Positions 27,146 to 39,150 of a stretch of DNA of 64,000 bases are shown here, piece after piece. The stretch is taken from positions 329,592,001 through 329,656,000 of the forward strand of contig OZ024742.1 of the NCBI GenBank assembly GCA_964016885.1. The letters are read 5' to 3'. Position 1 is the stretch's first letter; each line of letters opens with the position of its first letter. Source of the DNA: Eledone cirrhosa. Lineage: Eukaryota. A program made the translations under genes and the position numbers. The notes under the pieces were generated by a model. It saw nothing but the letters and a program-made list of their open reading frames with translations, had not been told where the DNA came from and ran no database searches.

Positions 27146-30100
27146 TTACAGATATATGCTCAGAGTAGGCACATTCACTCGGGCCATTCTTGCTTCTCTC
27201 AACCATCTTTCAACAAAATGCTGGGAAGAGAGCACTTCCCTCTCTACTCTGATTTTCCTTTTCAAATGAAATTTGAAAAAGTCAATCAGAGCATCACCGA
27301 AGAGGTAAGTGCTCGTCTTCAGCCCTTTCAAACGTGTCCACCATACTATCTTTTTCGCCATGGCCACCAGACAGATAAAGACTGCCTGCCCTTCCCGGCT
27401 AAAGGAGGAGGGCGGGGCAATCCTCACGATGGACTCAGATGATAGCCGGATCCGTCCTAAACGCGACAGCAGGTGTTCGACATAAACCCACAAGTCAGCA
27501 ATTTTCGGACACTGGACGAGTGCGTGCAGGACGGTTTCGTCGCCCTGCGCGCATCTCGGACATGCCCGGCTGACGGCACCTCCATGCCTGTAGAGTTTAT
27601 CCCGAACTGGTGAGGCTCCTCAGTAGCACTGCCAGGCCAGAGATTTCTGGAAGTTGTCCATAGGCCCTGGCCCGAAAGTTCTTCCGAAGAGATTGGCTAG
27701 TTGATTTTCGTCGACGCCTAGAGTTTCCCCAAGTACGTCGTCGCTCTTCCCCTCCACTAATCCTCTATAGAACGCTGAGGTGGAGTTTCCACCGATCACA
27801 TTGCCCGATTGGTCGAGGGCTGTGAGCGCCTGAAGACATTCCAGTCTCCAGGCGCTCCCTCTCGGTCTTCGCTTGACCCAGGACTGCAGCTCCGTCAAGG
27901 AAACGAGCTGGGGAAATACCTGTCTAGCAAACGGCGACCACACCTGATCACCGTCGAGGAAGAGGTGGAGATGTCGTAGCCTGAGCGCGTGCCTGCGCAT
28001 CATCAGCCACGGCATGCCCAGCCCTCCACGTAGCGGGTGTTGACAACAGATGGACCGCCTGACCATCGGAGCGCGTCCCTTCCACAAAAAGCGAAAGAGC
28101 AAACGCTCCAGCACAGTCAGGCGAGGCTTAGGACAAGGTACGACGGTCAGGCGGTAGGAGATGACGGACGCGATGTACGCGTTAGCCACCTCCGCTCGAC
28201 CTTTCAGGGATAGCTTCCTCTCGGCACATTTCTGGGTGAGATAAGCCACCCTGCTCGTCACCTCGTCCCAGTTTTTGTCCGTCTGGAGGTCCGGACCGAA
28301 CCAGACCCCTATCAATTTAACCGGTCCGTCCGTCCAGCGTCCGACGACGCTGTTGAACGGCATGGACCTGCCTCTCCAGGTGCCGAGCTGCAGGCCCACT
28401 GACTTTTCCTGGTTGATCATTGCTCCTGTCACCGCTTCGTATTCTCTTAGTGTAGTGCCGATCGCCTCGATGTGTTTGGCGCTCGACACCACAACGGTGA
28501 CATCGTCCGCATATGCTGACACTGATCTTCCGCATCCTAGTTCGCGCGGGACTCCCCTCAACGTCTCCAGTTTGTGCAGTAATGGCTCGAGAGTCAATAC
28601 ATACAAGAGGGACGAGAGGGGACATCCTTGGCGAACCGAGCGCATGATGTTGAACGGTTCCGACAAGTGACCGTTCACTCTCACCACAGAGCAGATGTCG
28701 CTGTGCATGGCAGCGATCCAGCCTCTGAAGACGGGCCCAAAGCCAGCCGCCCTCAGGACGGCCGCTAGGTAACGATGGTCGACCCTATCGAAAGCTTTCG
28801 ACTGATCTAAATTGATCAAGGACCTACCCGTGCCAGGTTCCTTAGCTACCCTCTCTATGATGTATCGCATGAGGTGGAGGTTGTCGTGGATGGATCTGTC
28901 GGGAATGGCGCATGTCTGCGCCTCTCTCACCAGACCACCAACGACAAGCGCCAACCTCTTTGCTAGCACCTTGGCCAAAATCTTGAACTCTGTGTTTAGC
29001 AGAGTTATGGGCCGGACATTTTCTATGTTATCCCCCTTGTTCGGATCCTTTCTCAGCAGTGCCACCGCTCCTCGGCTCTCAGAACAGGGAATTCTTCCGT
29101 TCTGTTGCCAGTTGCAGTAGACGTCCGCCAAGAGGCCTCCGAACAAGTCTGGCATCTGTACGTAAAGTTCATAGGGCAGACCATCCAAACCAGGCGATTT
29201 ACCCCTTGTGCAGCCAGTCATTGCCTCCCTTACTTCAGCGGCTGTTATCGGCTTTTCGCAACACCTCGCCTCAGTGGCCGAGAGCCGCGGCAGTCCGTCG
29301 AGGTAGACACTAAAGTCCATCCCTCTACCCGGCCCACCGCTGCCCCCGAACAGCTGAGCGAAGTGTCGCTGAAAAGCTTCACACATTTGCCCGGGATCGA
29401 GTAGCATGCGCCCGTCGTGGTCCACCAAAGACCGGATCGTGGCTTTGTTGCCACGACGCGCCTCCGCAACTCGGGCCCATTGAACGGCTTTCGTCCCCTC
29501 GTGTCTGAGAGCACGCACCCTTGCTCTGACAACGCAGCCTTCGTGCTTTGCATTGAAGAAATGGTCAAGGGCCTATTTCTCCGAAAGCACGTCGGTCGCA
29601 ATGCCTTTGCTAAGCGCCTCGTCTAATTTTCTAACTAGTTCTCCCTCTGCTCTATTTTCCTCTATTGCTAAAGCCTTACTAAACCTAATCGATTCTATTC
29701 TAATCGCTCTTTTCAGAGCAAACCACCACTTGTTGTTGACGATGGCCCCCGTCAACGCCCGCTTAACTAGTTCGCTAATCCGGTCTCTGTAGGCTTTACG
29801 CGCTGGTAAGGACGCGTTTAGCTTCCAGTAGCCGGGTCCTCGTCTATGAAGCCTATCTATGTCAAGCACACAGATCACGAATTTGTGGTCCGTGTAGCTG
29901 ACTATCTTGAATTGTGGACAGCCTATGCTAGACCTATCTATTTCCCTACAAAATACTCTATCTAGATATGATATGGATGACCCTATACGATTTGTCCAAG
30001 TCCACATTGGCACATTCGGGAAATCCAATCGGTACCTGTCAGACAGTTCAAAACGCCTGAGCAGGTTGGTGAGGCTCTTGCACCCTCCACCCCTATCCGC

Positions 30101-30561
30101 TAATCCCACACAGTCCCAGCGTGCATCTAAGATCCCGTTCCAGTCGCCCACTAACACCAAAGAGCGGGACGTTCCAAGAAAGGCCTCCAGACGCCGGAAG
30201 AAATCAGGCCGCCCTGCTCCTGTCGGGGCATAGACGGCCACTAGCCTGAAAGCTTGCCCGTCTCCGCTGGTCACGTCCAGCACCACCAGCTTACGTTCTG
30301 GGTCCAGGAAGATGGCCCGTATGGCGAGATCCAAACCTCTCCGAAAAAGCACAGCAACTCCTCCACGCGATCCAGGACGGCTGGGAGATGCGTACACATC
30401 GTAGCCGCCGAAGATCGGTGCGAAGGCCCGTGCTTCGGAGATTCTGGTCTCGCTGATGGCAAATCTATGTTTAGTGACCTGAGGTCGTTGAGCAGGTGAC
30501 CCTGCTTCCATGACGACCCCAAGCCACGCGCATTTATGCTGCCTATTCTAAGTGAGGTCAT
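27146..30561 (-). pseudogene. LINE ORF2 (APE endonuclease + RT), disrupted
   Basis: SINARGL, ISETR, VGDWN, YTDH (APE); PGLDG, RPITLLN, DQSKAFDRV, QGCPLS, AYADD (RT); CPRC..ETVLHALVQC; frameshifts near 30500 and 29570, stop at 27620. Confidence 0.93.
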
Positions 30562-30680
30562 GTTTAAAATAGAGTGGAAAAGATGGGAAAGACCACTTAC
30601 CGTACTTTTGGTAGAGGAGGGATGGTTTTTACATCCCTTTTCACTTAATCGTCTGGTGAAGGGACCGTTGAATCGTCCCT

Positions 30681-32707
30681 TCAGCTGGTCGTCGGCTCTT
30701 CTAAGAGAATGTCTGAATATACTCTTCGATTGATGGTTCCTCCTAGGTCCCTGAAATCACCAACTGCGTTGGGGAATTTCGTTTTAATGTTTGTGTATTG
30801 TTTCTGTGCTATTTTTAGCAGTCTTATGTTAGTTGGCGTTTTGATTGGTGCTGGTATTATGTAGTCCTGTTGTGAAATGTCTGTGTGTTCAATTATGTAA
30901 GTCATTAGTTTCTTGTTGTGTGTATTTATTGCCGTGCATTTGTTTTTCTGGGGGTGGGGTGTGGTTCTGCTATTTTCTTGTCGTTGTTGCTGGGTGTGTG
31001 TGTTTTGTTGTTGTGTTTGCGATGTTGGTGCTTGTGGTGGTGGTGTTGAAGGTGTTGTTGGCGGTGGGGTTGTCGCCGGTGGTGACGGTGGTGCTAGTGT
31101 GGGTGGTGATGGTGTTGGTGGTGTTGCTGCTGTGGGTCTCTTTGCAGTAGACTTTACCCTTTTCTCATTTCTTTCCTCCCTTTTCAAAGGCGACGATGCG
31201 CTGCTTCTGCGTTTGTGCCTTCTTACGACATTTTGCCATCCCTCTCCCACCTCACACTCCATGTCTGATTCTGTGAGGTCGGGGAGGGGTACCAGCTCCA
31301 CTCTTTCACTTGTTGTTGTTGGTGATGTTTGCACTGGAGTCTCTGTTGCAGCTGCATTTGGTATTGCTGGTGTTGTTGTTAATATTTCCACTGCTGCTGC
31401 TGTTTTTGATTTCCGTGGCGTGGGTATGGGTGCCACGGACCTATTGTTCCTGGTTGCCGCTTGTCCTGTTGCTGGTAGCTGTGAAGCCGGATTCGGAAGG
31501 AGGGGGTTTTCTCCTTTCTCAGGGTCTTCTCGTTGCAGAAGGCTCTGAGGTGAGTCTTCGATCCACAGCGAAAGCATTTCGGGCGTTTGCCCTCAACACT
31601 TATGGGCAGTTGAGTGCCGTTATCGAAGTCTATCACATCCGGGATAGCTTCGATGCACTCCTGGTTGGTTTGGATTAGCATCTCAATGGAGGTGCCGACC
31701 CAATCTTCTCTTACTTTTTTCTGTACTTGCAGTACAGTTGTTTTGTCCTCGATTCCGACGAGGACAGTCGCGGCCAGCCAAGAAGGAGCCATTCTTGGCT
31801 GGCCGCGTCTGTCCTCGTCAGTTTGACCCTCACAATTTTTTGCCCACAGTAGGAGGGTACCAACACCATTTCCTCGCTCCTTAGGGTCACTACGGATGGG
31901 GCCCTTGCCTCCTGGTGTGTGGCAAAATGTACGTCTACGGTGGCATATTTTTTGCCTCGGGTGATGTGCGTTTTCCGCTGCCACACAGACCCCAAGGCTT
32001 TTTGTATTTGGGCCTCTGTGGCTCTTTCCACCCTACGGGATTTTGTACTTACTGTACGGTACGTGACCGTGCAGTGCTGTTGGGTTTCGAAAAAAAATTC
32101 CGCTGCCTTGCAGATTGCTCGGTGTCCATTCTTTGTCACCATCTTCTTCGCTTCCTCTAATTCCTCATTTGTTATGAGGATTGTTTCCAAGTTTTTCGCA
32201 ATACCTGCAAATGAGATTGGTTTTTCTCTGCTGCTGCTGTTGTTGTTGTCCTCAGAGCTGCTGTTACTTTTGTTGTTGCTGCAGGTACTACGACTACTGC
32301 CTTCGCCGCTGTTGCTGTGGTTGTTGTTGATGTTGCTGCTGCTAATGCTGTTGTTGTTTATGCTGCTGGTGATGCTGTTGCGGCTTCTACTGTTGTTTTC
32401 ATTGTCACTGTTGCTGTTGTTATTACGGCTGCTACTGCTATTATTCCTGACGTCAGACGAATGAACTGGGTTTTCGTATTTCCCGCACACCTGTTTCGTC
32501 GCTGTCGTCGTCGTCGTGGAGAAACCTTGCACGCTTTGTCACGTGACTTTTATTTTCTTTCGTCGCTTGCGAAAGAGAAGGGAGGGTGAGAGACACATTT
32601 AAAGAAGGGAGGGAGAGAGACAATCTTCTCTCTGCTGTAGTGACGATTGAGGAAAAAGAAGACGGAAGGAGTGGGAGTGACCTATGCAAATTCTTTTTCG
32701 TAGCCAT
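30681..32707 (-). pseudogene. LINE ORF1 (gag-like), frameshifted
   Basis: Overlapping ORFs in different frames; CFRCGSKTHLRAFC zinc knuckle; Asn/Ser and Pro/Thr low-complexity tracts. Confidence 0.8.
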
Positions 32708-32922
32708 GTTGTTTTTTTGTTAAAAATAAATATTGGGTACAAAACCCCAATAAGCAGTTATTTAACCCCGAAGGGCCAAATAACGGGCAGAAAGACCCCT
32801 CTCACGAGGAGGAGGGTGTTTTTGTTTACAAGTTGGTCTAAGTTTTAAACAATTTACAATTGTTAAAGCGTTCAAAATTTATAGTACCTTACAGAGCCGA
32901 GCCTCCGTCAACCATAGCATTC

Positions 32923-32972
<50 letters not shown>

Positions 32973-32984
32973 TAATAATAATAT

Positions 32985-33787
32985 ATCAGCACAAGATCAG
33001 TGTCTGCCAACAAAAAATTACCGAGCCAACATAATAAAAAATGGATGCAGCCCATTATGCCGTGTATGCAAAAAACAATCAGAGACAATTGACCATATAA
33101 TTTCAATGTGCAGTCCTATAGCTCCAACCGAATACCTAAACAGGCATGACAGAAGTGCACAATACATACATTGGTAAATGTGTAAGCATTTTGATCTGCC
33201 CCATCAAAAGAATTGGTGGGAGCATCAACCACCTCCCATACTTGAAAAAGATCACATCTCAATCTTGTGGAACTTTAGCATCCAAACAGACCGAAAAATA
33301 GATGCAAATAGACCTGATATAATATTGAAGGACTTTAAAAAGAGGGTATGCCTGCTAATTGATATGTCTGTTCCAATAGACAATAATGTATCTATAAACA
33401 CATTTGAAAAATTGAGCAAGTATAAGGACCTGGAGATAGAAATTGGAAAAATGTGGAAATTGAGAACTAAAACAATACCAGTGGTTGTAGGTGCTCTGGG
33501 AATGATACCTAAGGGGTCTAATGATTACTTATCGCAAATCCCAGGAAACCCGAGTATAGGAGAAATACAAAAGATAGTACTAATGGGAACTGCCCATATA
33601 CTAAGGAAGATTCTGTCAATATAAGTACATCACAAGTCTAAACACTAAAGATGCATGTGTGAGTATGTATGTTCTTTCTTGAACATGGCGGACCTTGTTG
33701 TCTCTTGAGGTCAATGGTTGTGACTTGGTGATAACTCGTATGAACATAAAGCAAGATAAATGCAACTGTAATAATAATAATAATAAC
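32985..33787 (+). mobile_element. 5'-truncated R4/Dong-like non-LTR retrotransposon (RLE endonuclease)
   Basis: AQDQ..CRVC..ETIDHIISMC..RHD; NRPDI..LIDMSVP..KYKDL..IPVVVGALG; one stop at 33177; (TAA)n on both sides. Confidence 0.9.
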
Positions 33788-34885
33788 ACCACAAACTAGA
33801 TACACCACCTATGCCATCATCCCTCTGTGTACACTAAATACAACAGCCAGATAACGGCAATTTCACCACCACCACCACCAATCCCAGCATAATAATAATA
33901 ATTACTATTATTATTGTCTCAAGTTTTCACAAAATGTTTAATTCCAATATTAAGAAAAATATGTCAACACATATATTAAACATACGCGACTAACCGCATA
34001 GATTCACCGATCAAACAAACTACAGTCTATTCAACAAAACTCAGTATTGACTACGCCATCACTATAGTCACCGCCGCCACGACTCCATCCATCATTGCTA
34101 CCAATATCCCATCAACGCCGCCACCACTCCTTCATTACTACCACCGCTATTCCCCCATTACATTCGGTTAACTTACGAAAGGGGAATGTGGCGGTATCAC
34201 TAGACAATATTTTAAACACTATTAATATTTAATTTTGGATCAGGAATGTTAGAGACGAAAAGGAGGAAAATGGCAACATGACTAAATAGCTAAATCGCTA
34301 AATAGCTAAAGGGCTAAGTGGACAGAGAAGATAATTTCACCACCAACACTACCACCACTACCACGCTAAAAACTCTAGTCAAGTTGCCTCAACTTCTATT
34401 TCCACTTCAACTTCAACACCATCACTACAGTACCACGATCACATCACCACCACCACTGCCTCATTATCACTACTGCCGCTATACTCTCCCACTACCTCCT
34501 GCTAAGACATGCATCATAGTGTCCCCACTAAAAGAGGAAGGAATCAACATATATAAATAGACTGATTTGATGACCCGGTCAAAAAATCAAAAAAACAAAA
34601 ATCAAAATCAAAGCAGCACAGCAACAACGAAAAACGTAAAGAAAATAAAAATAAAGAGAAAACAAACAGACGGACAGAGAAGCGAAGGGAAAAACTAAGT
34701 CAGACATTCAGACATTACATTACAATGAAACTTATGCTTATTCTTTTTTTTTTTTGCCTGTTTGTTTGTTTGTTTATCTATTATCGTCTACAGCGTGATA
34801 GTGCCACACAAAAATCACCGGGAGTGATGAAATCACCGGTGGTTATGTAACCATACATTCACCGATCCTCGATAAGAGTGTTTAA

Positions 34886-35119
34886 ATGTCGAACCTAAAC
34901 AGTTCGAATAACGGTGAAGTGGAGACTAGAATGTCATGTGACAGACTCTCACCCAGCAGGTGCTCCCTGGCTCAGCAGCAGGGACCTGGCTGTCGACCAA
35001 ATACTGCTGGTGTCGGAGGAAGAAGAAGAAGGAAAGGGACCAGAACCAACTGGACGAAAGAATTGAATAGAACTGTTATGCAATGTTACCTGAAGAGTAA
35101 CCCCAAGGAGAAAGGCTAA
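34886..35119 (+). pseudogene. N-terminal fragment of an R4/Dong-like ORF
   Basis: RTNWTKELNRTVMQCYLKSNPKEKG resembles Dong-type N-termini (from memory of the family). Confidence 0.55.
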
Positions 35120-35356
35120 TTGAATGCCATTACTACTTCATATAGTAGCCTGTATTTTCTTTTCTTTTCTTGCCTGTGTATTTTCTTCATTCTCGCATGC
35201 TCCGAAGATCTGACTGGTTATAATTCTGTATTGGCGATCGAGTAACGCAAAATTAAGCGGATAGCGATCTCTAGACATACCAGTTCAGTGAAATAAATGT
35301 AAGCTATGTGATTAAAAACTTTTTTGTATAGCAAACCATGTAAAACTTCTTTCCTG

Positions 35357-35408
<52 letters not shown>

Positions 35409-35460
35409 TAATAAAACAATGAATAAACAAAGAAACAGTTCCTTATATTAAAAAAATTCA

Positions 35461-35614
35461 TCATTTTACGATCGTTTCTAGGATATATATGTGTTAGAGA
35501 TGGTATGCATATTCTATAGATCTATGTACAATATTTACAATATTTACAATATTTATACAAACTAACAGAGGGAATATACATACCTACACATATATATGCT
35601 GTCTTCAGAAATAA
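35461..35614 (-). ncRNA. Hammerhead ribozyme with ~120-nt stem II, flanked by a 46-bp inverted repeat
   Basis: ttattt CTGAAGA [atatatatgtgt/acacatatatat; ggtatgtatatt/aatatgcatacc] GAAA CGATCG TA aaatga; inverted repeat 35405-35450 / 35612-35658. Confidence 0.75.
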
Positions 35615-35790
35615 TATAAGGAACTGTTTCTTTGTTTATTCATTGTTTTATTAATTTATCTTGACTCTGTTTTCCGTTTATTTTTCACCGAAAGTAATTT
35701 TTGAATGCATCTTCTCTTTTCATGATATCCGGATTACATTGAGTTCTTGATACGGATTGGACACTACCGTAAACTTTTGGTAGATTTATC

Positions 35791-35915
<125 letters not shown>

Positions 35916-36078
35916 TATATATAATATAGAAATGGCTTCTACAGGACTAGAACTGTTTCATTCGGAGGAAATCCTTAATGAGTGTGTGTCTGTGATGGGG
36001 CTCAACAACGGAGTTCTTGCCATTTCGGGATAGGGGGATTATGGTTTCCCGAGATTAAATTGCTAACTCCCAATGTAT

Positions 36079-36149
<71 letters not shown>

Positions 36150-36152
<3 letters not shown>

Positions 36153-37745
36153 AGATGGAGACAACAACAAACATAACGACAGCTACCCTACCCACACCTA
36201 TAGAAATAGCAAATATAAGACTAAACATAGAAATAGACAACGGGCAGCAGAAATAACTGAACCGAACACTAATATAGGGATCCCTAGGAACTATAGAAAA
36301 TCCAGAGATAGGAAATACTTATGGTTCAATCCAATATTCAAATCCTCTATAAAATCCAAACTACCTTCTGCATTCATTAACACTTCCCTAAACTACACAA
36401 ATACCATAACATCTTCAGCAGAAAAACTATCAAACTATCTCACTCTATTGCTGCCAACATAGAATCACACATAAATATAGAATAATCTCTAATGAATATA
36501 ACCTACCAACATACACCATATCACCAATTACCAAACGCAAACACATAAATATATCACAACAAATCATCAACAAACCTAATTCTCAGCCAATACATAACAA
36601 CATATAAAATCGTAACGGAGAACCTGCAGACGGGAAGGTCTCCAAATGTAACTGCCACTAGAGATATATGCCTGGAATCAAGTATAGTGCACCTCTGTAC
36701 TATCAATTCGGGCAACACAGCATGGCACTACAGAGGTTCTAGGGCTGGGGAATTTTAAAAAAAGTGTATGTTCACAGACAGTCCATGAAGAACCGTAGAC
36801 TAGAGAACTCAACAATGCTGGTCAATAAAATCTGGCAGATTAAAGACACAAAAGAAGAATATAGGATTAGCTGGTCGAAATTATTGGGTGCAAAGGCCTA
36901 CAATAATGGAATGTCCCACTGCGGACTTTGCAATATGGAGCTGTTGCTGCTTAACAGTAAAATAGAACGAGCAATTTTCTGTAGGCACAAAGCAACACAC
37001 TAAATAGGCAAATTCGAAACCAACATGATTCGATCCAGCAATCCCATAATTCAAGCTGAACCACGCGGATTCTATTATAATAACTGCATACAACCCCACT
37101 ATTATTAGCTGTCAACTGACCAACTAATCACTGAATCAACATCATAAATCTCATAAACTTTCTCCCACTTTCTCTCCCTAACTCTCTGTATCCTATCCCA
37201 TATCTCTTCCCCTTTTACTTAATTTCTAATTTATTATTTTTATCTTTTATATGTTATTTGTTATATTTTTTCTTCCTATTCTAACCCTCTGAAATTTAAC
37301 CACTACATAAGTATATATTTAATACTTATTTTCATATTAATACTATTTATACCCTCATACATCTATTTATACTTACTCACCACTATAACTTTAACCAACA
37401 ACCCCATCACCACCACTATTATCAACAATCGTATTATGTTCATATTTTTTCACGTATATATTTTTTTACTTACTTGTTATCATCTTCATTCTAACTTCTT
37501 TATTGTTATTTTTTCTTTATCTCTTTTTTTTATTATTGATGTTGTTGTTCGGATCATCCGTTGTATATATGAATTCAAATACCGCGTGTAAATTATTTAG
37601 TATTCCCATGATTTGATCAGGCAAACACACTATTTAAGGTCGAGTGACTAGCGACCTTTAGACATGCCTAATCAATAAAACAATTGTTAATACTGTAAAT
37701 AAAACACTTTTTGTACAGCTGACCATGTTATTCTTCAATTTTTCA
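36150..37745 (+). mobile_element. Decayed PLE 3' portion (Naiad-like GIY-YIG and 3' UTR)
   Basis: WFNP..; STMLVNKIWQIK..ISW..AYNNG..CGLCNME parallels the PLE1 C-terminus; HHR remnant at its end. Confidence 0.7.
37599..37694 (+). ncRNA. Degenerate hammerhead with long stem II
   Basis: agtatt CCCATGA tttgatcagg...cctaatcaat AAAA CAATTG TT aatact; perfect stem I. Confidence 0.55.
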
Positions 37746-37837
37746 ATATATATATATATATATATGGTGACTCCAACCGAAAAGGTTGCATTTTTTCAGG
37801 GTATGTCAATATTTATTTATAAAATTAATCTATATTA

Positions 37838-37902
37838 TATTGTATCTGATGAAAGCGCACCATAATCTGCATTGGTGTCCCTTGAAATATGTATAATGAA
37901 AT
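37838..37902 (+). ncRNA. Hammerhead ribozyme in an isolated PLE1-related terminus
   Basis: CTGATGA aag c gcacca..tggtgt cc ctt GAAA TATGTATA followed by atgaaataaatatggttttataaatatagtttccattt, identical to the PLE1 end. Confidence 0.75.
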
Positions 37903-38399
37903 AAATATGGTTTTATAAATATAGTTTCCATTTGTTAATATTTTGTATATATATATTGTATATACATATATGAAATATATATTGTATATATATATATTGT
38001 ATATATATATATTGTATATATATATATATATGAAATATATATTGTATATATATATATGAAATACCTGTTGATAAACTGAATCCTCCGTTCTATCACCAAT
38101 ACCATGAGCTTGCCAGTCACGTAAGTCTGATATTTGATTTCGGATTCAAAGAAATACTTTAAACGATGGTTCGTTTGATTTGTCCAGGTGTACTTTTCTC
38201 AACCTGATTAGTTCTCTCGTTACTTTGGTATATATTGTGTGTTAGTTTCGCCTACCACAATGTTCGATTTGTCAAGCTATTTAAACGTATGTTATTACTC
38301 TAAGGTCCTATCTTATCGAGTGCTTTGGTAACTCATCATTTCATATAAGTAGGCCGAATTTACTTGCAAACCGCCAGAGATTCGATTTTACTGATTTCC

Positions 38400-38521
<122 letters not shown>

Positions 38522-38577
38522 ATATATATAGAGTGACGAAACATAATTCAATTGCATGAACTAATAATCCTTTATTT

Positions 38578-38633
38578 ACTGCTATATATATTTCGATGAT
38601 AGCCATTGAGTGGATATGACCTCATCAGACAGT
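38578..38633 (-). ncRNA. Minimal hammerhead ribozyme, core intact
   Basis: actgt CTGATGA ggtcatatcca-ctcaa-tggctatcatc GAAA TATATATA gcagt. Confidence 0.75.
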
Positions 38634-38900
38634 TAGTCAATTCTTAGATATGCAAGCTCTGTGGTTATAGTGTTGATATATATATATATATATATTAGAA
38701 AGTGAGGTTCTTTTTTACAAATTGAAAAATATACGAGGTAACCTACACGAGTGAAAGTATAAAGAAAAAAGATGAAATCGAAAATGCAACTGGAGTCTTA
38801 TTTAAACAAAATATATATATATTTACTTCTGGATCTTTATCGGTTTCGCAGTTCTTCTGCTTTTCAAAAGTAGAGTTGAGATGGGGGGGTCTGTGGTTTT

Positions 38901-39037
<137 letters not shown>

Positions 39038-39112
39038 TATATATAAATATAAACATACATATATAAATGTATATATATTCAAGATGGTGAGATATGACAA
39101 ATGTTCAAGATA

Positions 39113-39148
<36 letters not shown>

Positions 39149-39150
<2 letters not shown>

